A stretch of 64,000 nucleotides of DNA from the NCBI RefSeq assembly GCF_018977255.1, contig NW_024704742.1:121894001-121958000 (forward strand). Reading direction: 5' to 3'. The notes beneath the pieces were generated by a model. It saw only the letters and a list, made by a program, of their open reading frames with translations, searched no databases and was not told the DNA's origin. Below, piece by piece: positions 61,905 through 64,000 of the stretch (positions are counted from its first letter, which is position 1; every line of letters begins with the position of its first letter). Source of the stretch: Callorhinchus milii (taxonomy: Eukaryota). The translations under genes and the position numbers were made by a program.

Positions 61905-63000
61905 TCTCCACAAATGGTTTCTCCTCTAGCCCCCACACCGTCTACTGTGGCGTTCCTCAGGGCTCTGTCCTTGGTTCACTCCTCTTCAATTTCTATATGC
62001 TCCCTCTTGGTGACATTATCTGCAGGGGTCACTTCCACATGTATGCGGATGACACCCAACTCTACCCCTCTGCCTCCACCCTTGACTCCAGGACCACTGC
62101 TGTGCTGACAGAATGTCTGTCAGACATCAAGTCTGGATGAGAGCTAACTTTCTTCAGTTGAACGTCAACAAGACCGAGGCTCTCCTGATTGGCTCCTGTC
62201 AGTGCCTCCACACCTAAGGCACTGACAGCATCACCATCCATGGTTGCACACTCCACCTTGCTAAGCCAGTCCGGAACTTTGGAGTCTTGTTTGACCCTCA
62301 ATATCCTTTCTACCCCACACCTGTGCCATGACCCGCTCTGCCTTCCCCCACCTCTGCAAAGTCGCCCGGCTCCAACACTGTCACTGTCCGCAGGCCACCG
62401 AAACCCTCATACACATATTCATAACATCAAGGCTCGACTAGGCAAACTCATTGCTTGTCGGCCTCCCCAACTCCTCCCTCCACAGGCTGCAGATCATCCA
62501 GAACTCTGCAGCCCACACTAGGCTCTGCGACCCTATCACCCCCATCCTCGCTCGGACTCCACTGCCTTCCCATCACACAGGGGATACAGTTCAAGATCCT
62601 GGTCCTCACCTTCAAAGCCCTCCACAGTCTTGCGCCCCCTACCTCTGCAACCTCCTAACACCCTACCATCCTGTTTGCTCCCTCTGCTCAACGGGCTCCG
62701 GCCTGCTTCATGTCCCCCACCTTGCTCGCTCCACTATTGGCGGCTGAGCCTTCTGACACTCTGCCCCCACCCTCTGGAACTCCATCCTGCAGTCCCTCCG
62801 TCTTGCCCCCTCCCTTGCCTCCTTCAAGGCCCATTTCAAGACCCTCCTCTTCAACCGTGCCTTCGAATATCCTACTTCCCCCCCTGCCCTCCACCCTCCC
62901 CAAACACGACCTCCAGCTCGGGTCTGAAACGCTATCTGTCCAGTGCCTTGGGACATCCTCCCGACATGAAAGGCGCTTTATAAATGTAATTTTGTTGTTG
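61905..63000 (+). mobile_element. L2 LINE, RT to 3' tail (same family as 42845-44141)
   Basis: GVPQGSVLG, YADDTQLY; tail aggcgctttataaatgtaattttgttgttg. Confidence 0.95.
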
Positions 63001-64000
63001 ATATAAATGATAATCCTTGAAATAACACCTTTCACATTGGATGTCCCAAATTCCTTCATAGGATATACTTTAAAGTTTAAAGTTCCCTGCAGGGCTTCAG
63101 TGCACAACTATAATTTTATTTCTGTAAGAGATAACATAAAACAAGGTGTAGCTGAAGTCGACTATACTAATAGATGTTTTATAGATGATAACAATATTTT
63201 GGAGAAATTACGTTAGGAGCTTGCCTAGCAGGCTTGATAGGGAGTACTCAATTTTGTACTTGTCAAATATTGAACAACAAGTTGTGGACTCTCCTCTGTG
63301 GGAGGGGGTAGTGAGGTCTCCTTGGAGCTAAGGTGGCTCCAAGATGACATGCTTGGCAATGGGATATTAAAATCAAGTCACCTTTCTGTAGAGGTCTCTG
63401 TAGTAGTTTCTAGCCAGGTGGATTTACAGTCTACAATACACTGCTGATAACAAACCAACCAGCCAGATTCATTGACAGGACATGGAAGGGCAGAATGGTC
63501 ACTGGAAGCAGGGATTCATCCCACTCAGCTCCAATTGACCCTGCAAGTCAAAACCTAAATGGGTAGGGTGGTCCTAGCTGGGCAAGCAGTTGGAAACTAA
63601 ACATTGTTCGAAAAGGCAAGCTATACCGATAACATGCACCTAAAACTCAATGGAATTAGGTAAGCAGGATCCATCCCTCCAAGGAGAGAGTGAACATTCC
63701 ACTCTAGCATGGGAAATGTCCATATGTAAGTGGCATACACATGTGGAACTTGCAGTCTGGTTTGAATAATGTTTAGCATGGTGTGTCAGACACCTTAGCT
63801 GACTCAAAAGAATTGGCAAGATTTGGACTTTGCATAGATGGCCATATGTTGTGGTTAATGATAGAAAATGATGATGATTTTTTTTTGAAGACAATGGACA
63901 GCATTTCAAGAATTTACAATGTCTGGGAGAGAATACCACGGGAGGAGAAGTTGAGCTTTGATGTTGGTGTTCGTACAGACAATTTAATACTGACAACGTT

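Overview
Vertebrate genomic DNA, not prokaryotic. The repeat repertoire (SacSINE1-like DeuSINEs, HER1-like CR1 tails, a tRNA-Ala-headed SINE with an L2 tail) points to a cartilaginous fish, possibly a chimaera; this is inference from recalled repeat families. The only host coding sequence I recognise is one + strand exon (56366-56637, GT donor at 56638) encoding the isoform-specific N-terminus of cAMP phosphodiesterase PDE4D5, so the window is probably PDE4D intron/alternative-promoter territory. Most of the rest is nested, decayed retroelements: CR1 LINEs (one nearly full length), many L2 fragments, young tRNA-derived SINEs, old DeuSINEs, and small L1 and Penelope remnants. Best second-look items: (1) a complete 529-bp non-autonomous Helitron (58645-59173) with two 5' termini and scrambled RepHel remnants, inserted at A|T in an L2 tail; (2) the same L2/antisense-SINE junction at two loci 32 kb apart, suggesting an amplified composite retroposon; (3) SINE subfamilies with different L2-type tails; (4) PDE4D5 exon features (altered RACK1/beta-arrestin docking residues, a five-step SP ladder, a uORF whose stop overlaps the start codon); (5) a ~140-bp unexplained hairpin. 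Family assignments come from recalled motifs, with no database search, and repeat boundaries are approximate.
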